Below, piece by piece: positions 22,191 through 34,800 of a stretch of DNA of 64,000 bases. Numbering within the stretch: position 1 is the stretch's first letter; every line of letters starts with the position of its first letter. The DNA comes from Podarcis tiliguerta (lineage: Eukaryota): assembly GCA_965153285.1 (NCBI GenBank), contig OZ229115.1. One strand, given 5' to 3'. The notes beneath the pieces were generated by a model, which was given only the letters and a program-made list of their open reading frames with translations, was not told where the DNA came from and did no database searches. Made by a program: the position numbers and the translations under genes.

Positions 22191-24008
22191 GTTGCACAAG
22201 AATGCCAAATGCACTTCAGTCGTGCAGAATGAATTTGCTGGCATGGGATTGAATCCCACCTTCAAAAGAACAACAGTCTGGATGCACCCTCAGTCTGATT
22301 CAGGCATCTGTCGATCCTTCTTCGGCATTTATACAAGGTTTGCTGTTCAAGTTGTGTATGAGTTACCGATAAAATTGAAAACTAATTTACAAGACAGTAT
22401 GGACAAATACACAACCTAGTGTGCAGTGGAGGCCAGAGCAATTCTTATGGTGCTCCGATTTTTGTAATGGGAGACAACTATAATCTAGAATGGAAAAAGT
22501 TGGGTTAACTGTAACCCATGGAATATATGAGTTGGCATGTCAATTCAGAATCATGATCTGTGCATTCTCTCCTTTGTAAGCTGCCAGCCAGATACCACAA
22601 GAAAGTTCACAAAGAGGGAACAATGATGGTATCCCATCCCCATTTGTTTGTCTCCAGCATCTGGTAGCCAGAGGTATATTGTCTATGACTCTGAAGCTGG
22701 TATTCTTCCCTACTTCTTTTTAAATGAGACAATTTATGCAGTGTCACCCCATTGTTGCATCCCATTGTTGATTAAATCCATAAAGTGCATGTGTGTGTGC
22801 TATGACCTTTTGTTAATCTCAAGCCTAATTATCAATTTCACTTAAAAAGCACCAAGTTATTTTTGAAAGTGTGAATAATTGTCTGTTCATTCTTTCCATG
22901 CTGTACATGAATTCATAAATCTTATGAGATCTCCATATGTGGTTCCATCCCAACCTAAAAAGCCCAGCTGTTTAAAACCTTTCTCCATATGTTTCTCTAT
23001 TATTTGCTTTTAAGTTTTTTCAGGACCATTGCTAGCTCTGTCTACCCATTTTCAGGTTGGGCACATCAACTTGAGGGTAAGACAAATGTCACATTTCCAG
23101 ACTGGAAAGGCCAGTTGAGATGTATCCACTCCTCCACGATCTCCAGCGTGGAGAGTTCTGAAGAAAGCAACAGCAAGAATCAGCCGTGGGAAGCTTTGTT
23201 TGGCTGAAGCCAAATATGTTGTCGTAGCCCTTTCAAATCCTGGAGCAGCTTTGCAAATGGGGACCACAGGCTGCAGTGATGCTCTATAAGTACCTCTGGT
23301 TCTCAGTGACATGACATGGTCATCTGAAGGAAAGGAATATTATGCAGACTGGGGAAGTCCTGCACATGGTCTTATTCATCTGGGAATGGAAGTCCACTTA
23401 ATTGTGATGCCTTTTGGGGAGCCAAAGTATATCTATTTTATAAATGGTGCAGCTGGTCTATGCCAGGAATGACAAACCCATTGTGGCATCTATCTCAACG
23501 TCAAGAACATAAGAAGAGCCTACTGGATGAGGCCCAATGAATGACCCGTCTAGTCCAGCAGTGTGTAACCTTTATTATGGATTAACAAGAAATGTGGTGA
23601 AGAACTAAACCAGACCTGGGGGCCAAATGCAACTCTCTAGGTTTTTCTATCCAGCCCTTGGGAATTGCCTCAGACCAAACCCTTCATCAACCCTGCTCTA
23701 CAACCTTCATGAGGCCTTTTTGGGGTGGTGGTGGTAATGCCTCTTGCTTGCTTCAATGGAAGTGTGTGCAAAAACAAAAACACCTCTGACTTGTGTGGAT
23801 GGAATGCATCCCATAGTACAATGGGAAGGGTCATATCCCCTGCAGTACCCACTTCTGCTTCTGGGCATGGTCACTAGTGAGATGCACGCCCTGCCCTAGC
23901 CGCAGAGGTTATCTAGAAAAAAATGCAGACCTCCTGCTGAAAAAAAGGTTCCATCCCTCTGACCTCAATATTTCCTACCCAAAATATACAAGTTACTAGT
24001 TATTAAGC

Positions 24009-24355
24009 ATGGTGGAGCCGTGGGTTAAACCACAGAGCCTAGGACTTGCCGATCAGAAGGTCGGCGGTTCGAATCCCGCGACAGGGTGAGCTCCCATTGC
24101 TCAGTCCCAGCTCCTGCCAACCTAGCAGTTCGAAAGCACGTCAAAGTGCAAGTAGATAAATAGATACCGCTCCAGCGGGAAGATAAACGGCATTTCCATG
24201 CGCTGCTCTGGTTCGCCAGAAGCGGCTTAGTCATGCTGGCCACATGACCCGGCAGCTGTACACCGGCTCCCTCGGCCAATAAAGCGAGATGAGCACCACA
24301 ACCCCAGAGTCGGTCATGACTGGACCTAATGGTCAGGGGTCCCTTTACCTTTACC
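24009..24355 (+). mobile_element. Sauria SINE
   Basis: tRNA-like head (ggttcgaatccc), body ctcctgccaacctagcagttcgaaagca, (ACCTTT)n tail, 13-bp TSD ctagt(t/c)attaagc at 23996-24008 and 24356-24368. Confidence 0.95.
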
Positions 24356-24950
24356 CTAGTCATTAAGCCTGTACAGTATAGTTGCTCCTACAATGTATAT
24401 GTGACTGTGAAAGTCAAACCTACAATCAGGTTTGTGGTGTTAGAACCACAAAACAGTGATTTTACCCAACTCCCCAATTCTCCTTTCTGAATTTTGATAC
24501 TGAATATTCTTAGAATATTCTCCGGCTATAGGATTAAAAGCACAAAAGCCTGCTGGATCAGGCCAAAGGTCCATCTAACTGAGCATCCTGCTCTCACATT
24601 GGCCAGTGAATATTTAGAATTCAGAACTATAATTTGATATATGATGACTTTGCAGTGACCATCAACACTTGACTGGTGACCTGTAAAAAAATTCTATATT
24701 AATTTCATCTCTTCATTTAGCCAATCAGGAAAATCCACTTAAATGAGTGAAACAGGTGGAATTTTATGTCAGAATTCAGTTCTGAAACCCAAATGACAAA
24801 GTGTCTACATCAAAACATAAATTGCAGAATTTCAAAATGTGTGAAAGGTAAACTATTAAAATGAAATTTTGTATTTCAGAAATTTGTTCTCACATAACAA
24901 TCAGCCACTGTAAGAAGAAAGCAACAGAGGAAAATATAGCAATGTGGAAG

Positions 24951-24951
<1 letters not shown>

Positions 24952-24996
<45 letters not shown>

Positions 24997-24997
24997 T
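24952..24997. repeat. (TTA)n microsatellite
   Basis: Seen directly. Confidence 0.95.
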
Positions 24998-25717
24998 GTG
25001 TGATACATATAAAAATAGATGAGAATTACAATGCAGCATCCTTGTAACATGCCCAGCTGCACATATTGATCACATGTAGAAATCTAAGGAGGACAAAGCT
25101 GCCAACATGAAACATCAGTGTAGATTTCTCTCTCTCTCTCTCTTGTAAAACTTTGACTTTGCATCACTTTATCTATATTTAACCTCCCACAGGCTCCAGC
25201 CCAGTACAAGCCCACAAATTAAATTCATTATTATTCATTATTCAAACACCATCCCTTTGTTTTCTGGAATAGCTTTGTAGCCTGGAGTCAAATGAGCTAA
25301 AGTAAAATTATGTGACTTGGCATTGAAAATATATTACTTCAGCTGCCAGAACGGATTTAACAGAATATGTGCACAGTTCGTCACTTCTTCCACAACTGCC
25401 TTCATGCGCACAAAGGGGTATGACAGCCCCTGAGTTATGAGGGGCCATTCGAGGGGCTGTGATGGATTAGATTGTTTTATGCACTGACTTAAGATCTCAT
25501 TTCCTGCAACATTCACAAGTGCTTTCTCTACGACTGAACAGAAACTCACTCTGTCCTACGAGGGTTGCTCTTCCTTGTTAACTAGAGAAGCTGAGGATAT
25601 CAGAGAATGGGATGACGTGCGCTCTCTTGGATAAGACCTATCAGAATGAGCTAAATGACTTGAAAGAACTCAACATTAGGGTCTCTTCTCCTCTGACACT
25701 CCCAGTTAGCCCAATTT

Positions 25718-25723
<6 letters not shown>

Positions 25724-25775
<52 letters not shown>

Positions 25776-25777
25776 TC
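25724..25777. repeat. (TTTC)n microsatellite
   Basis: Seen directly. Confidence 0.95.
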
Positions 25778-25800
25778 CGCCTAAGAGCCAGAATGAATTA

Positions 25801-26054
25801 CAGTCATACCTCGGGTTAAATATGCTTCGAGTTGAGTGCGTTCGAGTTGCGCTCCTCGGCAACCCGGAAGTAACGGAGCGCATTACTTCCAGGTTTCGCT
25901 GCTTGCGCATGCACAGACGCTGAAAATGACGTCGCACGCATAAACAGAAGCGGCGAAAAGCGACATGCGCAGACGTGCCGTCGCTAGTTACGTTTACCTC
26001 TACATGCGAACAGGGCTCTGGAACGGATCCCGTTCGTATCTAGAGGTACCACTG
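25801..26054. mobile_element. Tigger/pogo-like MITE
   Basis: TA|cagtcatacctcg...tagaggtaccactg|TA; CpG-rich interior with a ccggaagtaac..ttacttcc hairpin. Confidence 0.9.
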
Positions 26055-26240
26055 TATTGTTCTTCAAACAGGCCTGGATGTTCAGGTAAGTCTACTCAGA
26101 AACAGTTAACACAGCATCATATCTACCTGCTGGCTGTGCTCCTTGATGCGCATGTCAGCCACACACCCTGGTAGCACACATTTTATATCAGTGAAGGGGT
26201 GTTTGTGCATTGCATTCAACAAACATAGAATCCATGTACC

Positions 26241-26378
26241 CAGTGTTCTTTTTCTAGAAAAAGAGGTGCCGGAACTCACCATGAATGCCCTCCTCTTGCT
26301 CTCTTATAATGGCAATGGCACCCACCTAAGAGGTGCCGGAACTAAGTTCCTGTAGTTCTGGCTGAAAAAATAGCCCTG
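26241..26378. mobile_element. hAT MITE
   Basis: cagtgttcttttt...aaaaaatagccctg, internal direct repeat aagaggtgccggaact (x2), imperfect TSD catgtacc/catgtagt. Confidence 0.8.
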
Positions 26379-26986
26379 CATGTAGTACACAAATAGTTGA
26401 GCTCTACACTCAAGCAGTTATTCACATGCAACGTATAATTTGTGTAGAGTCTGTGCACCTCTGTACATAACAGCTGACTTGTAGAGACAGCTTGTACCTG
26501 TGTTCAGTGTGTGATGTGTGAACAAGCCTGGAGAAAAGACTGTGCATGTGTTGGGTCGGTCCTTTCTCACTTATGTCAAATGTGTGACCACAAGGGTTTA
26601 AACAGAGGGCAAGCTGATGAGTGTGTGCTCTTGCCCCCACCTTGACTGGCTGCATGTTATAGGACCTACAGGCAAAGGCTTATCTCCAAACTTAGCACTG
26701 TGGTGCTTAGTGCTAAGATTGGACATAGGGGATCTCTAAGCACATAAGTGCTCAGAACAGAGATAAATTATCTCTGTGTCCAATGCCATATGACGTCAGG
26801 TGAATGAAGGGTGGCTGTGGTTTACCCCAAATGGCCTTGCAGGGCCAAATTCAAAGGTCTGGTGGGCCTAATATTAGGCCCACAGGCTGGGGGTTCTCAC
26901 CACTGATACAGGTCATTTATATAACCATATAATTGTCATCTTTGCGAAAGAAAGGGTCCTTCAGTGATTGTGCTGAAAAAGCCAAC

Positions 26987-27365
26987 GCCGAAGAATGAAT
27001 ACTTTTGAATTATGGTGCTGGAGAAGACTCTTGAGAGTCCCATGGACTGCAAGAAGATCAAACCTCTCCATTCTTAAGGAAATCAGCCCTGAGTGCTCAC
27101 TGGAAGGACAAATCCTGAAGCTGAGGCTCCAATACTTTGGCCACCTCATGAGAAGACTCCCTGGAAAAGACCCTGATGTTGGGAAAGATGGAGGGCACAA
27201 GGAGAAGGTGACAACAGAGGACGAGATGGTTGGATAGTGTTCTCGAAGCTACCAGCATGAGTTTGACCAAACTGCGGGAGTGAAAGACAGGAGTGCCTGG
27301 TGTGCTCTGGTCCATGAGGTCATGAAGAGTCGGACATGACTAAACGACTAAACAACAACAACAAC
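26987..27365 (+). mobile_element. BovB (RTE) LINE 3' fragment
   Basis: FELWCWRRLLRVPWTARRSNLSILKEISPECSLEG..LQYFGHLMR; (AAC)n tail; flanked by a ~60-bp duplication. Confidence 0.95.
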
Positions 27366-27901
27366 ATAATCTTCCCCTTTGCGAAAGAAAGGATCGATCC
27401 CTCATTGATTGTGCTGAAAAAGCCAACATTTGTATAAAATGACTGTGCATAGGAACTATTCAGATTTTCAGATGGATGTGTGATGTTCTGAAGAGGAGAA
27501 ACTGGGCATAGATCCCTGATCCTAAATGGGAAAGTGCTAACCCTTCTCAAAATCATGCTGTGGAATAATATGCCCTTGGATACAATGGGTCTGGTTATTT
27601 TGCTCAACAGGAGAGGCCCTGTAGATCCATGCTGCCTATGAACCATCTGCTTCTTGATAGCATAAGCGGACACTCCCTGCCCATTTTGCCACATAGAACT
27701 GCCACAGCAGCTCCACTTCTCCTTGGGTTATTTTCTAGTTGGCCTCTTCCTTGGTGCTATTTAGCTGCCATGGCAACTAGAACTGGCCAACACCCTGCTC
27801 TCCCACAGGCATACATTCCATCTGGTCATGGTCATAGTGTCTGAAGCCAAGGGCTGATGACATATAATGGTGGCTAGACTGGCTTTTCTCTCTCTCATAT
27901 A

Positions 27902-28227
27902 CAGTGGTACCTCGGGTTACAGACGCTTCAGGTTACAGACACTTCAGTTTACAGACTCCGCTGACCCAGAAATAGTACCTCGGGTTAAGAACTTTGCTTC
28001 AGGATGAGAACAGAAATTGTGCAGCAGCAGGAGGCCCCATTAGCTAAAGTGGTACCTCAGGTTAAGAACAGTTTCAGGTTAAGAACGGACCTCCAGACAT
28101 AGCTGTCAATGTTTCCATTTTTAAAAGGGAAATTCCCTTATTCTGAATAGGATTCCTCGCAAGAAAAGGGAAAAGTTGACAGCTATGCCTCCAGAACGAA
28201 TTAAGTTCTTAACCCGAGGTACCACTG
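27902..28227 (-). mobile_element. Tigger/pogo-like MITE with a nested hAT MITE
   Basis: cagtggtacctcgggtta...taacccgaggtaccactg TIRs. Confidence 0.9.
28098..28187. mobile_element. 90-bp hAT MITE (nested)
   Basis: TIR catagctgtcaa/ttgacagctatg; perfect 8-bp TSD cctccaga at 28090-28097 and 28188-28195. Confidence 0.95.
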
Positions 28228-28283
28228 TGTGTGTGTGTGTATTGTGTGTGTGTATCATATTAGTTACTGGAAGGTGACAAATT

Positions 28284-28539
28284 GGGTGCATTCAGACATG
28301 GGGAATTTTAGCGTTTCTTTTCCAAATAGAATGCTAGTACTTCTGTCCCATTTTCTAGTGTACCTTTCACACTGCAGTACCTGTTGAACTGTTGTGACTT
28401 TTTCGACTGCTGTACCAACCTGTCCTAGTAAATTTGATTCACATCAGTGGTCCATTGTATTACATTGTGTGAAATACAATACAGAAATTAACAGAGTAAT
28501 GTCAGGAAAGTGGAATAAAACTACCATGTGAATGCAGCC
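28284..28539. mobile_element. Harbinger/PIF-like MITE, degraded
   Basis: gggtgcattcagacatgg...ccatgtgaatgcagcc termini. Confidence 0.55.
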
Positions 28540-31421
28540 ATAGAAATACACATTCTACAACTGGAGTTTTCATTACTGGAAACTGAACAGTTCTTAAAGG
28601 GATGTCAAGCATGTGGACGTACTGGGAGCCCAAATGCAGGATGGAACAGGAGTCGGTTCTGCACTTTCCCTTGCAGGGAATAGTGAGAGGTCAGTAGAAC
28701 AATCTATAGGTGTGAAACCTTAGTCTACCAGGGTTGGGAGTTAGGGGGGAGGAATCAAGTAGCTTGCTGCTAACTTCCCTTAAACTTAGAGTCTATATTA
28801 GGTGGAAGAAGAAGTGGGCTTAGAGGATTAGCCTGAGTTCATCCTTAAAAACCAGTTTACCTCCAAGGTGTCCTTTAAATCAGACTTTAGGCTTGTGGGG
28901 TCTACTTTGTTTTTTACTAAAACCCCAAGGTCCACTCAGTAGAGCCTGATGCATAATAGTGGCTCAAAGGGTTGTTGTAGCTGTTGTTTTCATTTGTAGA
29001 ACTGCACTCAATGTTTCCCCCCTATGAACTCACTCCCATTTTTTTTCTCCAAGCTTGATTTGCTCCAGGAGACTAATTTATGAGGGGCCGGGAGATGGGG
29101 AGAGGTGAAGACTATTTGTTGTTGTTGTTAAACAATAACAATTGCAGATCATTCGAATTTTCGCAGATTGTCCAAATATCTACCAGCGGATGACAGTCTC
29201 TCTTCTGCACAAAAATGCCTTAAATTGCAAGGAGGGTTAGCAATATGCAGATTAAAGGAAGACAGGGAGAGATATTGTCCATGGGTGGCAGTTCATGGGG
29301 GATGTAATTGAAGTCAGAGGAGGGATGGCCTTTGAGGTCAGTTGTCTCCCTCCTAATTCACCAGTGAAGTGATCTTTTTCTTTCTTTTTTTTTGAGGTCT
29401 GCATTTGTACACATCTATTTACAAAGAGCCATTTCTTCAATGATGCTATGTCTGGTAACAGTAAATAACTCTAATAATGCAAGTGCCTCACCAGAGTCCT
29501 AGGTTGCACAGTTGTGGCACATACATGTCAGCAACCCACACCCAGCTCTTAGCTTTTGTAAAACATTGCCCATTTAGTAACTCAAACAAAAAGATTCAAG
29601 CCAGCAAATCACACAAAGGGAAAATGTTTAGTTCGCTTTGCCTTGTGGGGCTTTGAAAGTTCCATGCTGCTGACTTCATGGAGCTTCCATTCCCATCACT
29701 TTAGAAGCATGGTTAATCGTGGATGAATAATTGTTTTAGGAAGTGGCCTACGTGGACAAAAAAAAGTGATGTTATTGGAGGCCTGCTGCGTAGTGTGTCA
29801 ATAAGGATTTCAGCATCATTTGTGAGAGGATAACATTTGCTTTTTCTGGAGCCTGAGAAAAGATGAGCTAAAAACCCCTTGTCTTTGGGGGAAAAATTAT
29901 ATATGTCTGCATTGCGTAAACTTTGGTGAATCTCCATGAATATGTTACTTATAGCAGCCCATGTTAACTATAATTATATTACTAGAGTATCTTATTAAAT
30001 AAATAATAAAAGAGCAATATCCAGTTGCCGTCTCGGTTATTAGATTTCAATTTCAATTGATTGTCAAGAACACGGCCATTAAGATTCAACATCTGTTTAA
30101 TAGGTATATCTTATTACACAGTAATACTTAAGTCCACATGCAACATCTGATTTTATACGAGACACAGTTTAAATAAACTCATTATGCAATCATGATCTAC
30201 AACCAAGCTAAACACGGACCTTTGAAAATGACACATGAGTTTAATCAAAGCCTGTGCCTCAAAGTGAGCAGAACTTAACCACTGGACTGAGTCATAGCCC
30301 TATTTTGATTTCACAGCTGCAACCAGTGAAGCCAGCACCCTCTGAGAGCTTCCTGACTCTACAGTGTATCTCATTCTCCCATGGATTAGAAACAGACAAG
30401 TATCCTCTTTGTTTTGAAATAAAGTAAATATTTACACACTTCTTGCAGGGAAGGTGCCACCACCACCTTGTTAGTCACCGTCAAGTATGGCGCAAGAGAC
30501 CCTTCAGTAACATTGATGGAACTAAATCAATGACAAGCAAGAAAGAAGACAGATGTTTCAAAATTTTGCTTTCTGTTTGCTTGCTTGTAATGCTTTTTTT
30601 CTTTTCTTTTATGCTGCAAATCATGGTTTGCCAGAGCAGCATCCCTAGGTGCCCATGTACCCAAAGATGACTTTCCTGGTGCCTGCAAGGTTCCTTCCAT
30701 CCCTAGCTGTGAAATTAGGCTTGAAGGAAGCCTTCTGTTATGGCCAATAAAAAGTGGGTTGTTTGATTGTTTGTTTTAAGCCTAATTGTTCTGGGGGGGG
30801 GGGTATCTTCCTGAAAACAGCATCTGGGGAGGGAAGTTTCACTCATCTTTCCCCAGCTGCACTCTTTCCATGAAGATCTACACTCCTATCACTGTTGGTT
30901 CATGTTATCAGTTGCTTTACTCATGGAGTGACCCAAAGCAACCAACATTAAAAAAAATTGAAGGCATGCAAGAAGAAAACCCCTAAAAGCACAACTATAC
31001 AAGTAAAAGGCAGGACTGACAAACCCCACTCAACTAAAAGAGGGCACAAAGCTACCCTTCAAAGTAAGAGCCAAAAGCCCAGATAAAGAGAAAAGTCTTG
31101 CTGAAAGATAAAGATGGTGCCAGGCATCCCTCATTGGGGAGAACGTTCTGCTTTTCCTAAGCCAAATTGCCAGGGCAAAGTGTTTGCATGTGTGCATGCA
31201 TGGTTGTGGTATGTGCATGGTTGTATGTACCCACCTATGTGTGTTGTTGCAGTGTGTGGATGTGTCTGTTATGTTGCCATGATGCCCACAACAGTTTCTC
31301 CAGTTAGTGAATGTACCCATGAGCCTAAGAATGTTGACAACTGCTGCTGTAAATCATAATTGAAAATGGAATTTGAAAACTTAAGTTCCCAGCCTGCATC
31401 ATTCTCTCCTCTCCCTATGCC

Positions 31422-31805
31422 CAGTGGTGGAGCATATGGCCATGCTGCTCAGAGTGGACACACTCTTGAGGGGGGGCGTGGCACAGAGGGTGCCCTCCCA
31501 GGCACAGGATAGCTGCTCAGGTGCACGGAGCGATGCATGCGCCCTGCAGCCAAGGGTGGAATAAGCCACTGATGGCAGACGTTTGACGCGCTGCCCGCCC
31601 GCAACTCCCAAGCCTCCCTGTCAAGGGGAAGGGGGGATGCCACTGGCAAAGCGGCTCAGCTCCTTCCTTCCCCCAGTGGCTCGGGGTAGGCCTGGGAGTC
31701 GCAGGCGGGTGGTGAGCCATGTGTCACCCCCTCAGTGAAGACACCCAGGGTGGCCCACCACCCTCCTTCATCCATCCCTGCCTATGCCCCCCTCTTTAGC
31801 ACCAG
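31422..31805. mobile_element. GC-rich old hAT-like element
   Basis: cagtggtggagc start, GC/CpG-rich interior with tgtcaccccc motifs, end tagcaccag. Confidence 0.45.
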
Positions 31806-34800
31806 AAATTGGCAAATTATCTTCTCTTTTGAGCTTTGAAGTCTGATTATGATGTCTGACATCATCTAATGTCTTCTGCTTTATCTCACTGTTGCTTGGA
31901 TCTTCATAATATTCTGCTGCGCCAAGCAGATACTTGGATTGTTTGTGCTGTTGAGTTGTTCCTAAGGCAATCATGTATGGGCAGACATGACTCCAGTGAA
32001 ATCTATGGACCGATGCTCATGCTTCATGTAAGATAGGGTTGTGTGTCCCAGAGACTTCGGTCTTTGCTGTTCAAATGGAAACTAAACAAATGTAAGTGAT
32101 AGGAAGAAGTGAATCTTAAGGCTTTCCATCTTGTAATCAATGAATCAAAGGGATGCGATAAGAGCTCCTCAGTGGAGACCCTGGGAAGTCAATCAAGCTT
32201 TGTATACTTGCATTGGGATAGTTCACAGCTGAATATAGATCTGAACTCTAGCTCATTTTTCTTTGGAATATACACCAAAACCTGGAATCACATCTGACAC
32301 CTTTTGCCTCACTAAAGACCGCATCATGATTAATGTGTTCATGATGAAAAGCATCGGGATTGAAAATGATTTGCGACTCAATCATTAAAACAGCATAAAT
32401 CATAGTAATTGATTGGTTAATTAATTATGACTATAATATGGGCATCAAGTGTTTGCAGAGCAATTCACTGGTAATTGGGCTTTTTTTTTAAAAAAAAAAA
32501 AGTTCCTGGTGGTTTTAACTGTTTACCTGTATATGCTAGTACAAACTTACATTTCCCCAGTCTCCTTTCAGCTCAAAACACTAGTCTTTTAACTGTGTTG
32601 AATTTTTTAAAAAAGAAATAATCTTAAGAACAATAAAAATTTGAGTGTACAGTAATGCATACACTGCAGGCATGTTTAATGCTTCTGCAAAGTCAGAATA
32701 TATAGTACATTCCCTCTCCCCAAAAATCTACTCCTTGATTTATAACCTCTCCTTTTTCTGTGCCACACCTCTGTCACTGGTTGATCTGTTCTGATGTCAC
32801 AGTAAGATGCTACTTTGAGGAAGATAGGGCTTCTCAGGCTGACATTGGCTGCTGCTTTGAAGTCAAAGAAGGATTAGTCAATCTGGGCTCAGGAGGCTCC
32901 TGGATGCCAAACCCATGAGCTGTATCTTCTTCCCCTGGAAGCCAGAAGCATTTTTCATGACACTAAAGCTTGATGTGAATTCACAGGCTGGTTGTGCACA
33001 AGCAGTCCTTCTAGGCATACTCCAAGTGAAAAAGAGCAAAGAAAAACACACTCCCAGCCTCTACAAAAGCTGCCTTTGTAAAGGGCCACCCCAACTTAAC
33101 CAAGACCAAAGAAGGGCTACACTGCTGCAGTAGATGCAACTTCTTAGCAGGGCTTCCCTGCCTGGTGAAGAGCTACAGGTCATCTTTGGTGGGAAAGGAA
33201 CACACTGGTGGCTTCAATTTCCACCTGCTTTGGAATAGAGACATCCCACAGGGGACCATTGTTTCAGAAACCCTGATGTGCTCCACTATGAGTTGGAGCA
33301 GTAATGGCTAGTGCCCATTGGGTCTAGTAGGATGGAAGGGAGGGAGGCCACCAGTAGGTGGAACTAGAGTTTGTCCCCATCCTCCTTTCTGCCAAGTTCT
33401 ACAAGGGCAGCACTGAAACACTTTCCAAGGCTGTGCTCCAGAATTCAGAAGACCTCAGGGCTTATTTCTTACTTAAAAGATATGCAGGTATCTGGTGTCC
33501 ATTTCTTCCACTCTGAAAATCCTGTGCCCATTCAAGGAAAGTAGGAGGGAGGGCAAAGGAGATAAACCAGGCTCTGGTGGTTTCCTCAAGAAGAGCAGGT
33601 GATTCATACCCAAGAAAGGATGACTGTGCTGCATTCATTTCACCTGTCTGCACTAGAATAATACATTCATAGAAGTTGGCTTACCTTGACTGGTCAGGCA
33701 GCATTGTGGGATGGCACCCTCCACCCCATCATGATCTTGCAAGGAGCTGCGTCTTAGGGATTTTCCCCCAGCTGGCACAACATCAAAAATGATCCTTACG
33801 CCAGACAGGGTTGACCCCTAACAGGTATACCCCAGCAAGCAGGCTAGAGGTTTAATGGTTCTACCCAATGCCTATGCCAAACCTCAGCTACTGTAATCAA
33901 TAAAATTGTGGCCTGATATGTTGATGTCTGCTTATTTGGGAGTCGGGCATGGGGGGAGGGGGCACTTGTGCCACACAATAATAGAATTCTAGATTTGGAC
34001 TGCATCTCAAGGGCAAGTAATCCAATTCCCCAAAATGCAGTGATCCTGTTAGGATTGCACCCTAAGGTCTGTGCTTCTAGTCTGGAAAATCTTTGGTATT
34101 CCACAGTTGGAGGCAGCGATGCTTTTGAATACCCGTTCCTGGAAATGGCAGTAGGGGAGAGTGCTGCTGAGCTCATGTCCTGCTTGTGGGCTTCCCACAG
34201 ACATCTGAATTGCCACTTTGAGAACTGATGCTGGATTAGATGAGCCACAAGAGGACTCTTCTTCTGTTCTTCTGTATTTAATACTAGCAAGCGTTTCCTA
34301 GCTGCCAGGTCTAGCAGGATTCCAGAAATGGAACAATGTCACTGGACCACATTGCTTTTACTTGAACTTACCTTCCCCCCTCAGATGGGCCAAAAATAAT
34401 AACAGAAAGCAAACCTCTTCTTAACATCGACTTCTTCTGATCATGGGTGAGGTGAAAACCAAGTGAGAAGAAGGAGGAAAGGCCCCTTTTGGATTGACAG
34501 TCTAAAAAACAAAGAGACTATTAAAGTTGTCTAATGCCAGATGAAAAAACTAACAAGTTGATCAGGGAGAGGCAGGGGGAGAACTAGGCCTCTGCTCTGC
34601 CTCCCCTCTAACTACCCATCTTCTTCTTCTTCTCCCCCCTCCCCTCCTTCCTTTTCCTATTTTCACCTCAACTGTCAGCTGTTTTGAAAATGGGCTGGCA
34701 GTCAGGGAGAGGGAGAGTATCCAGTTCAGTCTGGTTCCTGGCTCAGGGAAACATTTTATTGGATTTGTTACTCTTTGATGCTGATTAAGCCCATGGGGTA

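Noticed and set aside
23056-23076. 21-nt microexon-like segment (ttttcag|...|gtaaga)
   Set aside because: No supporting homology or neighbouring recognisable exons.
24009-24090. tRNA genes at SINE heads (also 35870, 40492, 51951)
   Set aside because: A/B boxes continue into SINE bodies and tails; no complete cloverleaf.
31422-31805. CpG-island promoter
   Set aside because: Short and better explained as a GC-rich DNA-transposon remnant; no adjacent exon.
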